NCBI GenBank assembly: GCA_017610205.1
Contig: JAFCCL010000002.1
Location: 32,001-96,000 of the forward strand
Direction of reading: 5' to 3'
DNA: 64,000 bases
From: Candidatus Iainarchaeum sp.
Lineage (GTDB): Archaea; Iainarchaeota; Iainarchaeia; Iainarchaeales; GCA-2688035
Numbering within the stretch: the first letter of the stretch is position 1; every line of letters begins with the position of its first letter. Below are positions 1-8,811 of this stretch, in pieces. The notes below the pieces were generated by a model. The model did no database searches and was not told the DNA's origin. It was given only the letters and a program-made list of their open reading frames with translations. The position numbers were made by a program, and so were the translations under genes.

Positions 1-637
1 GGTCAAAACCTGAAACCATTAGAATTTGCTTGAAAAGCTGCGGGCTCTGGGGCAATGCAAAGAATTTTCCTTGGTGGACACGGCTTGGAACAAGAAAATC
101 CCTTGCGCCCTCTGGCGTGCTTTTTGCAAGAATAGGAGTTTCAATTTCCAAAAAGCCTTCATTGTCAAAAAAATCACGGAATGCCTTGATTGCCTTGTGC
201 CTCAAAATAAGATTTTGCTGTAGTTCTGGCCGCCTCAAATCCAGAAACCTGTACTTTAACCTTTGTTCCTCTCCTGCAAGAAGATGCTTGTCAAGCTCTA
301 TTGGCAAAGGCGTTGCAGCAGGATTTAAGATTTCAAGCTTTGTTGCGCTTACCTCTACCTTGCCTGTTTCGATTGCCTTGTTCTCTGTCCCCTTTGGCCT
401 TTTTCCAACCTTTCCCTCAATCTGGACAACAAATTCCTTTCCAAGTTTGCCTGCTTCCCTATGGGCTTCTTTGCCACCCTTTGGGTTAAATACTACCTGC
501 GTTGTCCCATACCGGTCCCTTAAATCAATAAAAATCAGGCTTCCGTGGTCTCTTCTTTTTGAAACCCAGCCCTGCAAAATTGCCTTTTTGCCAATGAATT
601 TTTCAGTTAACTCTCCGCAAGTATGTGTTCTCTTCAT
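1..637 (-). CDS. aspS: Aspartyl-tRNA synthetase, bacterial type (5' part; runs off window start)
   Basis: Not in ORF track; my translation from ATG at 637: MKRTHTCGEL...GWVSKRRDHGSLIFIDLRDRYG...RLKYRFLDLRR...ETPILAKSTPEGARDFLVPSR...FALPQSPQLFKQILMVSGFD. Confidence 0.95.
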   Translation of the reverse strand, partial: MKRTHTCGELTEKFIGKKAILQGWVSKRRDHGSLIFIDLRDRYGTTQVVFNPKGGKEAHREAGKLGKEFVVQIEGKVGKRPKGTENKAIETGKVEVSATKLEILNPAATPLPIELDKHLLAGEEQRLKYRFLDLRRPELQQNLILRHKAIKAFRDFFDNEGFLEIETPILAKSTPEGARDFLVPSRVHQGKFFALPQSPQLFKQILMVSGFD

Positions 638-686
638 AAAAAAAACCACTTGAATTAAGAAAAAATGGTAAAAAACGGTTATAAAG

Positions 687-1391
687 CTAATTGTTTCCCT
701 TTGCAAAACAACAATTGGTTTTCAAAAAACATCCGCTGCAATTCGGCTTCTTTTTGCAAAAGCGCTTTCCATGTTCCACCAAGAGAGCGTGGAATTCATT
801 AAAGAGCTGTGTATTCTTAGGCAGCTGTGATTCAAAAAAAGCCTTGACTTCCACATAATCGGTTGTTGGCAGTTTGAAAAAGCGCTTAGCAAAGCGCGTT
901 GTGTAGGCGTCAACAACAAAGGCTGGCTTTTCTGCCGCGTAGAGAATGATGTCGTCCGCTGTTTCATTGCCTATTCCGTGCAGGGAGAGGAGTTCAAGGC
1001 GCAGCTCTGCAATGGGTTTGGAGAACATTTTGTTAATGCTGTAATTATAATTGTTTTTTAGGTATTGAGAGAATAGTTTCAGCCTTTTTGCTTTTTGGTT
1101 GAAGTAACCACTTGGTTTTACAAGCTTTGCAATGGTTTCCTGCCTTGAGCTTGCAATTTTTTCACAGGAAAGCAAGCCTGCTTTGCTCAGGTTTTCCAGT
1201 GCTTTCATTACATTTTCCCAATCAGTGTTTTGCGTCAGGATTGCGCCGATGCAAATTTCTAACTTTTGTTTTTCGGTTAAGTGTTTGCGCTTCTTGTAAG
1301 TTGGCGTAATTTCTCCCGCATCTGTTACTGGCCACCACAATTGTTCACCAAATTGCTTGAGCAGTGCCTTGTATAATTCAATTGGCTTCAT
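687..1391 (-). CDS. Endonuclease III-related HhH-GPD DNA glycosylase
   Basis: GAILTQNT, PSGYFNQKA, HhH LHGIGNETAD, VVDAYT, C-terminal CxxxPxCxxCxxxxxC Fe-S motif. Confidence 0.9.
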   Translation of the reverse strand: MKPIELYKALLKQFGEQLWWPVTDAGEITPTYKKRKHLTEKQKLEICIGAILTQNTDWENVMKALENLSKAGLLSCEKIASSRQETIAKLVKPSGYFNQKAKRLKLFSQYLKNNYNYSINKMFSKPIAELRLELLSLHGIGNETADDIILYAAEKPAFVVDAYTTRFAKRFFKLPTTDYVEVKAFFESQLPKNTQLFNEFHALLVEHGKRFCKKKPNCSGCFLKTNCCFAKGNN

Positions 1392-1488
1392 AGAAAGATA
1401 GAATTAACGAAATGCTTTTAGTAGAGCAGGCAAAGCGGTACTGCAAAAAGCAGCTACCAGAATGTAGAGGCTGTCTGGTGAAACAAGA

Positions 1489-2709
1489 GTAACAGTTTAA
1501 ATTTATCCTGTTAGCTGGTTAGTGAGGCTGTCATGCAGTATCTGATAGTATTGTTGGTTGCAGTGTTTGCTGATCATGTATAGGGATGCTTGCATGGCGT
1601 AGCTTTGCATGTGGTCGTTGCTACGGTTTTGTTGGCTGATTTTGCGTTTTAGGACTTCGTGTCTTAGGTCTCGTTCTGCTCTGTTGTTTGTGGGGTCAAC
1701 GTACTCGTATTGTAGGAAGGTGAACCACTTGCCTTGCTGTTTAAGGATGTATTTTTTGAGGTGCAGGGCGTTTTTTCCAAACCATTTGTTTTGTCGCCTG
1801 TTTTTTTCTCCTAATAGAGTCAGGAGTTCTGTGTCGTATTTTTGTCTGAGTTCTTTGGAACATTCGTTTTCGCGTTTGTCTTTTTTTGCTTGGCCGAACA
1901 CTTGCATGATTTTTTTTACAAGCGTTTCATAGTCTCTTTTTTCTTTTTTTGTCTTGAAGTAGTGCTTGGGTTTTTTGGCTAGTCTTGATAGGTGACTCCA
2001 GCACTTCTACTGTTGTTTGCTGGTTTTATTGTATACTGCGAGCGCGTCTGAGATTGTGACGCAGTCTTTGTCAAGTTTTAGGGAGCGTGCTGTTTTTGTG
2101 TTTCTTTTCAGGGTTATTTTGAAGTAAACCGTTTGTGCAATGCTCGCAACCCACAGCCAGTTGAGTTTTCCGTTTTTTCGCCAACCTATTTCATCACGAT
2201 GCACGAACAAGGCCTTTTGTATTTCCTCTTCAAGCTTTTTGTAATCCTCTTTCAAGTAATCTTTGAGTCTCTGTAGGGTATTGCTTACTGTTGCAGGCGA
2301 GATATCAAGACTGAAGATTGTTAAGGATAGTTCGCTTATGCGCCTGCCTGACATGTTGAAGCCAGTGAACAGGACTGATATGAGGATTGCTGTGTTCAGG
2401 TCAAACTTGCTGCCAGGCAAAGCGTCAGGCAGTTTTGGAACAACTTCTTTTTTGCAGCCCAGGCAGTAGTATGCCCAGATTTTGTTGAGAATACGTTCAA
2501 ATGTTGGAAACTTGATGTGGATTGTCGTGCGAAAATATTTCTTCTTTTTCTTTGTTATTCTTGTTCCTCCACAGCAAGGGCAACGTTTCGCAGTGATATC
2601 TCTTTCTTTGTTGTGGACTTTCGGTCGGGAGTTGCGCATGAAACGAAAAAGGGCTATCTGCTATTTGAGACTTTCGGTTGCGCAAAAATCAGGCCAACTA
2701 AATACTTAC
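1489..2709 (-). mobile_element. IS66-family element remnant
   Basis: Contains IS66 transposase; candidate imperfect ends both start GTAA (GTAACAGTTTAA at 1489 on +, GTAAGTATTTAG from 2709 on -); no convincing target duplication. Confidence 0.55.
1503..2639 (-). pseudogene. IS66-family transposase with one in-frame TAG (2007-2009)
   Basis: Zn finger CPCCG...CLGC, DEIGW...WLWV, ISD, QQ*KCWSHL, PTNNRAERDLR; ORFs 2007..2639 and 1503..1907 are in the same frame. Confidence 0.85.
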
Positions 2710-2750
2710 AAAAAACGATTAAAAGCTTAAGTGTTAGAAATCAAGTAATT

Positions 2751-3533
2751 CTAATCTCTGTTTTTTGGAGTTAGTTCAAAAAGATAAACGTTTGCAACCC
2801 AGTTCTTTCCTTTCTTAAAAATTCTTGTTTTGCCTCTTTCATTCAATGAACGAAAAAAGGTTTCATTTTCTGGCACAAACTCTTTAGTAGATATGTTTTC
2901 AAAGGCAACAAGCCTTGCATTGTAATGAAAAAGAATTTTCCTTATTGTAGAAGCATAGTCAGTAGCAGTGTAAACAGGTAAAAAAATGCGGGTATCTTTG
3001 TGCAGGTGATTTTTTGCAAGCTCAAGAAATTTTAAAACATGCTTATTTCCAAGCTTGCCTCCATCAATGGTTTTTGAAAGCTTTGAACCAACTGATTTAA
3101 GGTAGGAATTAGGAACAATTTCCTGCGGAAGATTTGCAATTATTACATCAAACTTTTCATTAACGCCTGCAAAATATTTTCCCTTATGCAAGGAAAGTTT
3201 TACGTTATTAAGCACTGCATTTTTTTCAGCAACAGCTATTGCATCAGCACTTGTATCAGTTGCTGAAACAATGCCCCCTTTTTTTGCTGCAAAGATTGCA
3301 AGAATTCCGGAACCTGTTCCTACATCAACAACTTTTTCGCCTGGAAAAATTGTTATGTTTCCAACTATAAAAGAAGCACAGCAAGAAGGCGGAAAAATAT
3401 CCGGAGTTACCTTTGTCAAAATTTCAAGGCCCCAAAAAGAATATTTTCGAAGTTCTGGTTCCTTGACAAAATGGCTTTTTTGCCTGTTTCTTGCAAAGCC
3501 AATGCTAGCAGGCACTAAATCGTCTTCAACCAT
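2751..3533 (-). CDS. Class I SAM-dependent methyltransferase (HemK/PrmC-like)
   Basis: VVDVGTGSG motif I, DVIIANLPQ, DGG motif; start placed at MVEDD rather than 3614. Confidence 0.8.
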   Translation of the reverse strand: MVEDDLVPASIGFARNRQKSHFVKEPELRKYSFWGLEILTKVTPDIFPPSCCASFIVGNITIFPGEKVVDVGTGSGILAIFAAKKGGIVSATDTSADAIAVAEKNAVLNNVKLSLHKGKYFAGVNEKFDVIIANLPQEIVPNSYLKSVGSKLSKTIDGGKLGNKHVLKFLELAKNHLHKDTRIFLPVYTATDYASTIRKILFHYNARLVAFENISTKEFVPENETFFRSLNERGKTRIFKKGKNWVANVYLFELTPKNRD

Positions 3534-3626
3534 ATAAATACTGCAAATAAGATGTTTATCAAAACAATGGCGGGTTTTTTTGACAAAAAGTAGGTATTTT
3601 ATTGTTTTCGCCATAAAAGTTAAAAT

Positions 3627-4598
3627 ATGGGCAATTTTAAGCTTTTGGATAAGGACAGGGAAATATTATTTGAATTAAGCCTTAACAGCAGGGCAAGCCT
3701 TACAGAGCTTGCAAGAAGAACAGGAATGTCAAAGCAGGCATTAAGCTACAGGCTTTCTCTTCTTGAAAAAAATAGGGTAATTCTTGGATACTATGCAATA
3801 ACAAATATTTATCTTCTTGGAATGACCCACTACAGGGTTTTTATAAAGTATGAAAATATGAGTTCAGAAAAGGAACAGGAGCTTGCCAAGCATCTTATGG
3901 CAAATCCAAAAATTACGTGGATTGCATATCTTGACGGCAACCTTGATTTAGTATATCTTGTCTGGGCAAAAAACATACAGGAATTTGAAAAAGTTTACGA
4001 TGAAGTAAACGACAAATTTGGCGCATTCTTTCAGGAAAAACAGTTTTCAATAGCAACAAAAATAGAGTATATGAAATACAGGTTTTTGTCGGACAAAAAA
4101 GGCGGGAAAAACATAATATTTGGGGGAACAATTGGAAACATAGTATTTGACAGTCTTGACAAAAAAATTCTTAAAAGGCTTAACATCAACTGCAGGGAAT
4201 CCCTTGTTGAAATTTCACAGGCCTGCAATTCAAACCCAAAAACAGTAAGGGCAAGAATAGATGCGATGGAAAAAAAAGATGTAATTGCGGGATATAATGT
4301 AAAAATAAATCATAAAAAGCTTGGATTTACTCACAGAAAAATTTACCTTAAGTTAAACAATGTTTCCAAAGAAAAAATCAACGAGCTTTTGTCATATCTA
4401 AGAGGCCTGAAAAGCATAATCTATCTTATCAAGCCAATAGGCAATTACGACTTTGAATTTGAAATGATGACAAAATCAAACGAAGAATTCCACAACACAA
4501 TTAAGGAACTGAGAACAAAGTTTGCTAAAAATATTAAAAATCACAGTTCAGTAATAATCTACGCAGAGCCAAAATCCGGGCAGATGAAAGAATTTTAA
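3627..4598 (+). CDS. Tandem double Lrp/AsnC transcriptional regulator
   Basis: Two wHTH+RAM repeats (DKDREILFELSLNSRASLTELA; DKKILKRLNINCRESLVEIS). Confidence 0.9.
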   Translation: MGNFKLLDKDREILFELSLNSRASLTELARRTGMSKQALSYRLSLLEKNRVILGYYAITNIYLLGMTHYRVFIKYENMSSEKEQELAKHLMANPKITWIAYLDGNLDLVYLVWAKNIQEFEKVYDEVNDKFGAFFQEKQFSIATKIEYMKYRFLSDKKGGKNIIFGGTIGNIVFDSLDKKILKRLNINCRESLVEISQACNSNPKTVRARIDAMEKKDVIAGYNVKINHKKLGFTHRKIYLKLNNVSKEKINELLSYLRGLKSIIYLIKPIGNYDFEFEMMTKSNEEFHNTIKELRTKFAKNIKNHSSVIIYAEPKSGQMKEF

Positions 4599-4619
4599 AC
4601 AAGATTAACTTATACATAA

Positions 4620-5237
4620 TTATTTCTTTCCTTCCCATTCGTCTAAAAATTCTTTTACAAATTGCTCTGTAAATTCATACCTGTGCTTTGCAATGTTTTG
4701 AGCTGTTTTGGTGTGAAATTGGTTTGGGTTAATTTTGAGAATTTTTTCACGAAAATGGTTGATTCCTGAAGGAAGTCCTATTTTTACAGGGCTGTGCAAG
4801 GATCTGTTGCGTTTTCCACCGTATGAAAACGCCCTTGCAATGCCTATTGCGCCCAAGGTGTCAAGCCTGTCGGCGTCCTGCAAAACCTTTCCTTCAAGTG
4901 TTTTTGGCACAAGACCTTTTCTAAAGCGGTGAACTAAAATGCAGTAAACCACAGGAAGTATTTTAATTTTATCAAAATTTGTTTCAAGAAGAATTTTTTC
5001 AGCGTCTTTTGCACCGTGCTCTGCATGGCATTCAACTTCTCCACAGGACTCTTTTTTTCTTGCAATGTCATGCAATAAAGCGGCTGTTTGAACAATTTCC
5101 AAATCAGCACCTTCCTTTTCCGCAATTAGGGTAGCAAGCCTGAAGACGCGTTCTGTGTGATCAAAGCTGTGACATCCGCCTTTTCCAAAAAAAGGCAATA
5201 TTTTTTTCCTAAGCATTTCCAAAAAGTTTTTGTCCAT
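4620..5237 (-). CDS. HD-domain phosphohydrolase
   Basis: HSFDHTERV, LLHDI, HAEHGA, QDADRLDTLGAIG. Confidence 0.9.
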   Translation of the reverse strand: MDKNFLEMLRKKILPFFGKGGCHSFDHTERVFRLATLIAEKEGADLEIVQTAALLHDIARKKESCGEVECHAEHGAKDAEKILLETNFDKIKILPVVYCILVHRFRKGLVPKTLEGKVLQDADRLDTLGAIGIARAFSYGGKRNRSLHSPVKIGLPSGINHFREKILKINPNQFHTKTAQNIAKHRYEFTEQFVKEFLDEWEGKK

Positions 5238-5249
5238 ATTATTTCACTT

Positions 5250-6230
5250 TTATGCATACTCCGCAATCGTTTTTTGTCCTTTTTCCCCAAGGGGCCTTGC
5301 TGCTATGCCAAGCCTTCTTTGCACATAGGACGCCAGTTCTCGTTCACTTCCGTGCATTGTTACCACAAGCTTTGGCTCTGACTGCTTTGCGTAATCCAAA
5401 AGCTGCTGGAAGTCTGCGTGGTCGCTTAGTGGAAAAACTTCGTTAAAGCCGTTTCTGAAATTCCAACCAGTTGCCATTCCTGAAAAGATTTTTTTATGGA
5501 TTGAAAATTCAAGAACCTGCAAAAGGTTGTGATTAACAAGTGATGGAGGCATTATCAGAACAGAACTTTCATTAAGGTTGTGGTCAAGCTTTATGAAATT
5601 GCCAAGCTTTGTGCCGTGCTTTTCGTAAACCTTGTTGTTGTCATAAACAGAGTCGTGCACTAGTGGAACAAGGTCGGTGTATTCGTTTACTACTTTGGTA
5701 AGCTCTTGTGCTTTTCCAAGAGAATAGCCTGCAAGAACAACAAAACCCTGTTTGCTTTTTTCTTTTACAAAATTTCCAATCTTTTGGTAAACCTCTTCGC
5801 GGGCGGGAAAAGAAAAACAGGGCTTTCCAAAAGTGCTTTCAAGCACAAGAACATCACATTTTAAAGGCAGTGCCCCTTTTTGAATAATGCTGTCCTGGAC
5901 CTTGAAGTCGTTGGTTACTGCAATTGTTTTGGTTCCTTCAACCAAAACCTGTGCGCTTCCAAGAATGTGGCCTGAGTTGTGAAGGGAAATTGTTGAATCT
6001 CCAAACGAAAGTTTTTTGCCAAATTTTAATTGGGAAAAGTTTGCTTCCTTTTTGTACCTGCTTTTAATTATTGCCTCTGTTTCAGGCGTACAAACATATT
6101 CTGTGACCTTATTTGTGGCAACGTGGTCTGAGTGACCGTGTGAAATTACGGCTTTTTCTGCCTTGCAGCTTGCCTTTGCGTCAATTGGAACGTTTCCTGC
6201 AAAAAGGGCTTTGTTTGAGCGAATTTGCAT
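5250..6230 (-). CDS. Metallo-beta-lactamase/beta-CASP nuclease
   Basis: SHGHSDH, SGHILGS, ESTFG, YSLGKAQE, LSDHAD. Confidence 0.85.
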   Translation of the reverse strand: MQIRSNKALFAGNVPIDAKASCKAEKAVISHGHSDHVATNKVTEYVCTPETEAIIKSRYKKEANFSQLKFGKKLSFGDSTISLHNSGHILGSAQVLVEGTKTIAVTNDFKVQDSIIQKGALPLKCDVLVLESTFGKPCFSFPAREEVYQKIGNFVKEKSKQGFVVLAGYSLGKAQELTKVVNEYTDLVPLVHDSVYDNNKVYEKHGTKLGNFIKLDHNLNESSVLIMPPSLVNHNLLQVLEFSIHKKIFSGMATGWNFRNGFNEVFPLSDHADFQQLLDYAKQSEPKLVVTMHGSERELASYVQRRLGIAARPLGEKGQKTIAEYA

Positions 6231-6299
6231 TGTGATAATAAATAGGGCTTATTGAAATAAAAACCTTGTTAGGTGTTTGTTGGTTTTTTTGAAAAATTC

Positions 6300-6393
6300 A
6301 TGCTATTGAGTGAAACGAAATAGCATATTATCGCACCAGCTTGTTGCGCTGCGCGCAACGCCGTTTCCGGCACGGAAACAAGGCGTGACGGCT
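6300..6393. repeat. GC-rich multi-hairpin intergenic element (REP/MITE-like)
   Basis: ATGCTATT-GA-GT-GAA-AC-GA-AATAGCAT; GTTGCGC-TGC-GCGCAAC; GTTTCCG-GCA-CGGAAAC; framed by CACCAGC...GCGTGACGGCT, also seen at 57375-57395. Confidence 0.7.
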
Positions 6394-6430
6394 AGGGGAA
6401 ATTATTAAAACCAAGTTTGATGTAATTATA

Positions 6431-7573
6431 GTGTTGTTTTTTATGACTGGTTCGGAAAAACTTGCAGGGGAAATAGGCGAAAAAATAAACACATTGCAGG
6501 CAAACTTGAGCAGGCGACCGTGGAGAAATTCCGGCAGAACTGTTTTTGCAAATTCTTTGGATGAAAGCATTGAAAACCTGCAGGATATTAACAAGCTGTT
6601 TGAAGGGGTTGCCGAAAATATTGAAAAAAATCCAAAGGAAGGAAGCCCCAATCTTCGGCCTTTTTTGAAAGAGCTTGAAAAGCTTTTGGCAATGCTTGAA
6701 AAAAATTTGAGGTTTGAAAAGCAAAAGAAAAGCAACGCAAAAACTGTGAATGAACTTGAGCAAGAGGAAACACCGGAACTTTATGCAGACCTTGAGCAAA
6801 GAATTCTTGGAATACTTTTAAAGGCAAGATATTCCCTTGAAAGAACATCAATTTTTTTGAGAAGACAGGGATTTACACCGTTAACTGGCACTGGGACAGC
6901 AAAGCAGGTAATGCAGGTCCTTGAAAGAAAGGAAGACGAGCTTCAAAACCTTAGAGAAAAATATGAGGACATCAGGAAAAAAAGCTATCTGGGATATTTT
7001 GAAGAAGACAGTGTTGCAGATTTGGAACAGGAACTTGGCGATTTGGGAAGAAAAATGACTTTGGGTGCTGACGAGGTTGGAAAAACAGTTGCATTTCACA
7101 AAAATCAGATGGAATATGTTGAAAATAGTTATGCTGAATTAAAGCAAAAAATTGATTCGTTGGAAGAATTCTTTTTTGCTTACAGTGAAAAGTCCGGAGA
7201 ACTTATAAAAAATTTGAAAAAAGAACGCGATTATGCAAAAAGCATTGTTTTAGATGTAGAACACGAAACTTTGCAGCTTCGCAATTCTTACACAAACGAG
7301 CTTTTGGGAATGCAGGAAAGCAGGCTTTCAGCAAAAGCAGAGGCTGAAAAAAAGTTTGAAGCAGAATTGAAAAAACTACACAAAGAGGTTTCGGAAAAAT
7401 CTGATTTGCTTATTCATTTTAAGAAAATAGCAGAAGACAAACTCAAAAAAGAGCACGATTTGGAAGAAAAAGTAAAAAAGCTTTCAATGCTTTTGAAAAC
7501 CAAGGAAAAACACGAAACAGTAAAAAGGCAACTGCTTAAAAAAAAGCAAAGAAAGGGAAAGAAAAAAAAGTAA
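6431..7573 (+). CDS. Long coiled-coil protein
   Basis: 380-aa E/K/L-rich heptad pattern; true start probably ATG 6443. Confidence 0.75.
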   Translation: MLFFMTGSEKLAGEIGEKINTLQANLSRRPWRNSGRTVFANSLDESIENLQDINKLFEGVAENIEKNPKEGSPNLRPFLKELEKLLAMLEKNLRFEKQKKSNAKTVNELEQEETPELYADLEQRILGILLKARYSLERTSIFLRRQGFTPLTGTGTAKQVMQVLERKEDELQNLREKYEDIRKKSYLGYFEEDSVADLEQELGDLGRKMTLGADEVGKTVAFHKNQMEYVENSYAELKQKIDSLEEFFFAYSEKSGELIKNLKKERDYAKSIVLDVEHETLQLRNSYTNELLGMQESRLSAKAEAEKKFEAELKKLHKEVSEKSDLLIHFKKIAEDKLKKEHDLEEKVKKLSMLLKTKEKHETVKRQLLKKKQRKGKKKK

Positions 7574-7604
7574 TTCATTTTAGCATTAAAACCATTTTTG
7601 GATA

Positions 7605-8033
7605 CTACAATGAAAAACCGTCATCTTCCTGTTCTTTTGGAGCAAAAGAACCCGGCTTAAACAGTCTGTGAATTATTAATTCAGACCATTTGCTGGCAAG
7701 CTTTTCTTTCTCCAATTCAAGGCTGCTTTGGTTTAAATGCTCAAATTCTTTTTCTTCAATTACTTTGACAATTTTTACCTTGCCTCTTGTTTCAATTTCA
7801 ATAAGCTTGTTTAAAAGCGCCTGAATTTTGAAATCAAGTTCGTCGTATAAAACAAAAACAAACACAAAATCTGCTTCGTTTTCAATTTCATGCACTGTAG
7901 CAGGAATGTCTTCAGGAAAGGGAACAAAAATGGCGTCAAGTTCTAAATCAGCAATTTGGCCTGCAAGCTTTTCTTCAAGTTCTGGAAAAAAGTTTATTCC
8001 GGTTTTTGAATCCGATATAAGAAAAATGTGCAT
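7605..8033 (-). CDS. Hypothetical protein, possible degenerate lumazine/riboflavin-synthase fold
   Basis: 142 aa alpha/beta; FVPFPEDIP resembles the VPGxxDLP/VPGAFELP motif. Confidence 0.5.
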   Translation of the reverse strand: MHIFLISDSKTGINFFPELEEKLAGQIADLELDAIFVPFPEDIPATVHEIENEADFVFVFVLYDELDFKIQALLNKLIEIETRGKVKIVKVIEEKEFEHLNQSSLELEKEKLASKWSELIIHRLFKPGSFAPKEQEDDGFSL

Positions 8034-8084
8034 TCAAATATAATACTGTGCAAAACTATTTTAGGGTTTGTGTTCAATATTTAA

Positions 8085-8783
8085 TTGATGGGAAAAAATT
8101 TGGTTGGAAAAATTTCCATAGTAACCACTGCTTTTAATGAGGAAAAAAACATTGCCCCAATGCACAAAAAAATAAAGGAAGCAATGAAAGGAATCAATTA
8201 TGAAATAATTGCAGTTGATGACGGAAGCACTGATGGAACATTGAAGGAATTGAAGAAAATAAATGACCCTTTGCTTAGAATAATAAAATTTGAAAAACGC
8301 ACAGGAAAAGATTTTGCTTTATACAAAGGAATACAAAAATCAAACGGGACAATAATTGCCACAATTGATGCTGACTTGCAGGATGAACCAAGGGACATTC
8401 CTTTAATGATTAAGTTGCTCGGAAAAAACTGTGACTGTGTTTTTGGATGGCGTTTTGAAAGAAAGGATGGTTTTGTAAAGAGAAATTTTTCAAGTGTTGG
8501 AAACTTTTTGAACAATTTGCTGCTTGAGGTGAATTTGCATGATAACGGTTGTCCGGTAAAAGTGTTCAAAAAGAAATGTGTTGCAAAAGTGAAGTATTTT
8601 GAAAACTTTCACAGGTTTATTCCCTTAATGATAAAAACGCAGAGGTTTAAAATAAAAGAATTTAAAGTAAAGCATCATCCAAGAATACACGGAGTTTCAA
8701 AATATGGAGTGCACAACAGAATAGTTGGAAACATTAAAACATTCCTAAAAGTTAAGTTTGGATACAATGAATTGTTGGAATGA
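8085..8783 (+). CDS. GT2 glycosyltransferase (polyprenol-phosphate sugar synthase, ArnC/DPM1-like)
   Basis: AFNEE, VDDGSTDGT, IDADLQD, FHRFIP, HHPRIHGVSKY. Confidence 0.92.
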   Translation: MMGKNLVGKISIVTTAFNEEKNIAPMHKKIKEAMKGINYEIIAVDDGSTDGTLKELKKINDPLLRIIKFEKRTGKDFALYKGIQKSNGTIIATIDADLQDEPRDIPLMIKLLGKNCDCVFGWRFERKDGFVKRNFSSVGNFLNNLLLEVNLHDNGCPVKVFKKKCVAKVKYFENFHRFIPLMIKTQRFKIKEFKVKHHPRIHGVSKYGVHNRIVGNIKTFLKVKFGYNELLE

Positions 8784-8811
8784 AACTGAAGCTTTTTCAA
8801 GAACAATTAAT

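Noticed and set aside
30-653. 207-aa + strand ORF and the many similar antisense ORFs (e.g. 56215..57162, 27660..28217)
   Set aside because: Shadows of clear genes on the opposite strand.
2007-2009. Amber recoding (pyrrolysine or alternative code)
   Set aside because: TAG ends normal genes here (e.g. glyS, fibrillarin) and no other in-frame TAG was seen in conserved genes; a C>T nonsense mutation is simpler.
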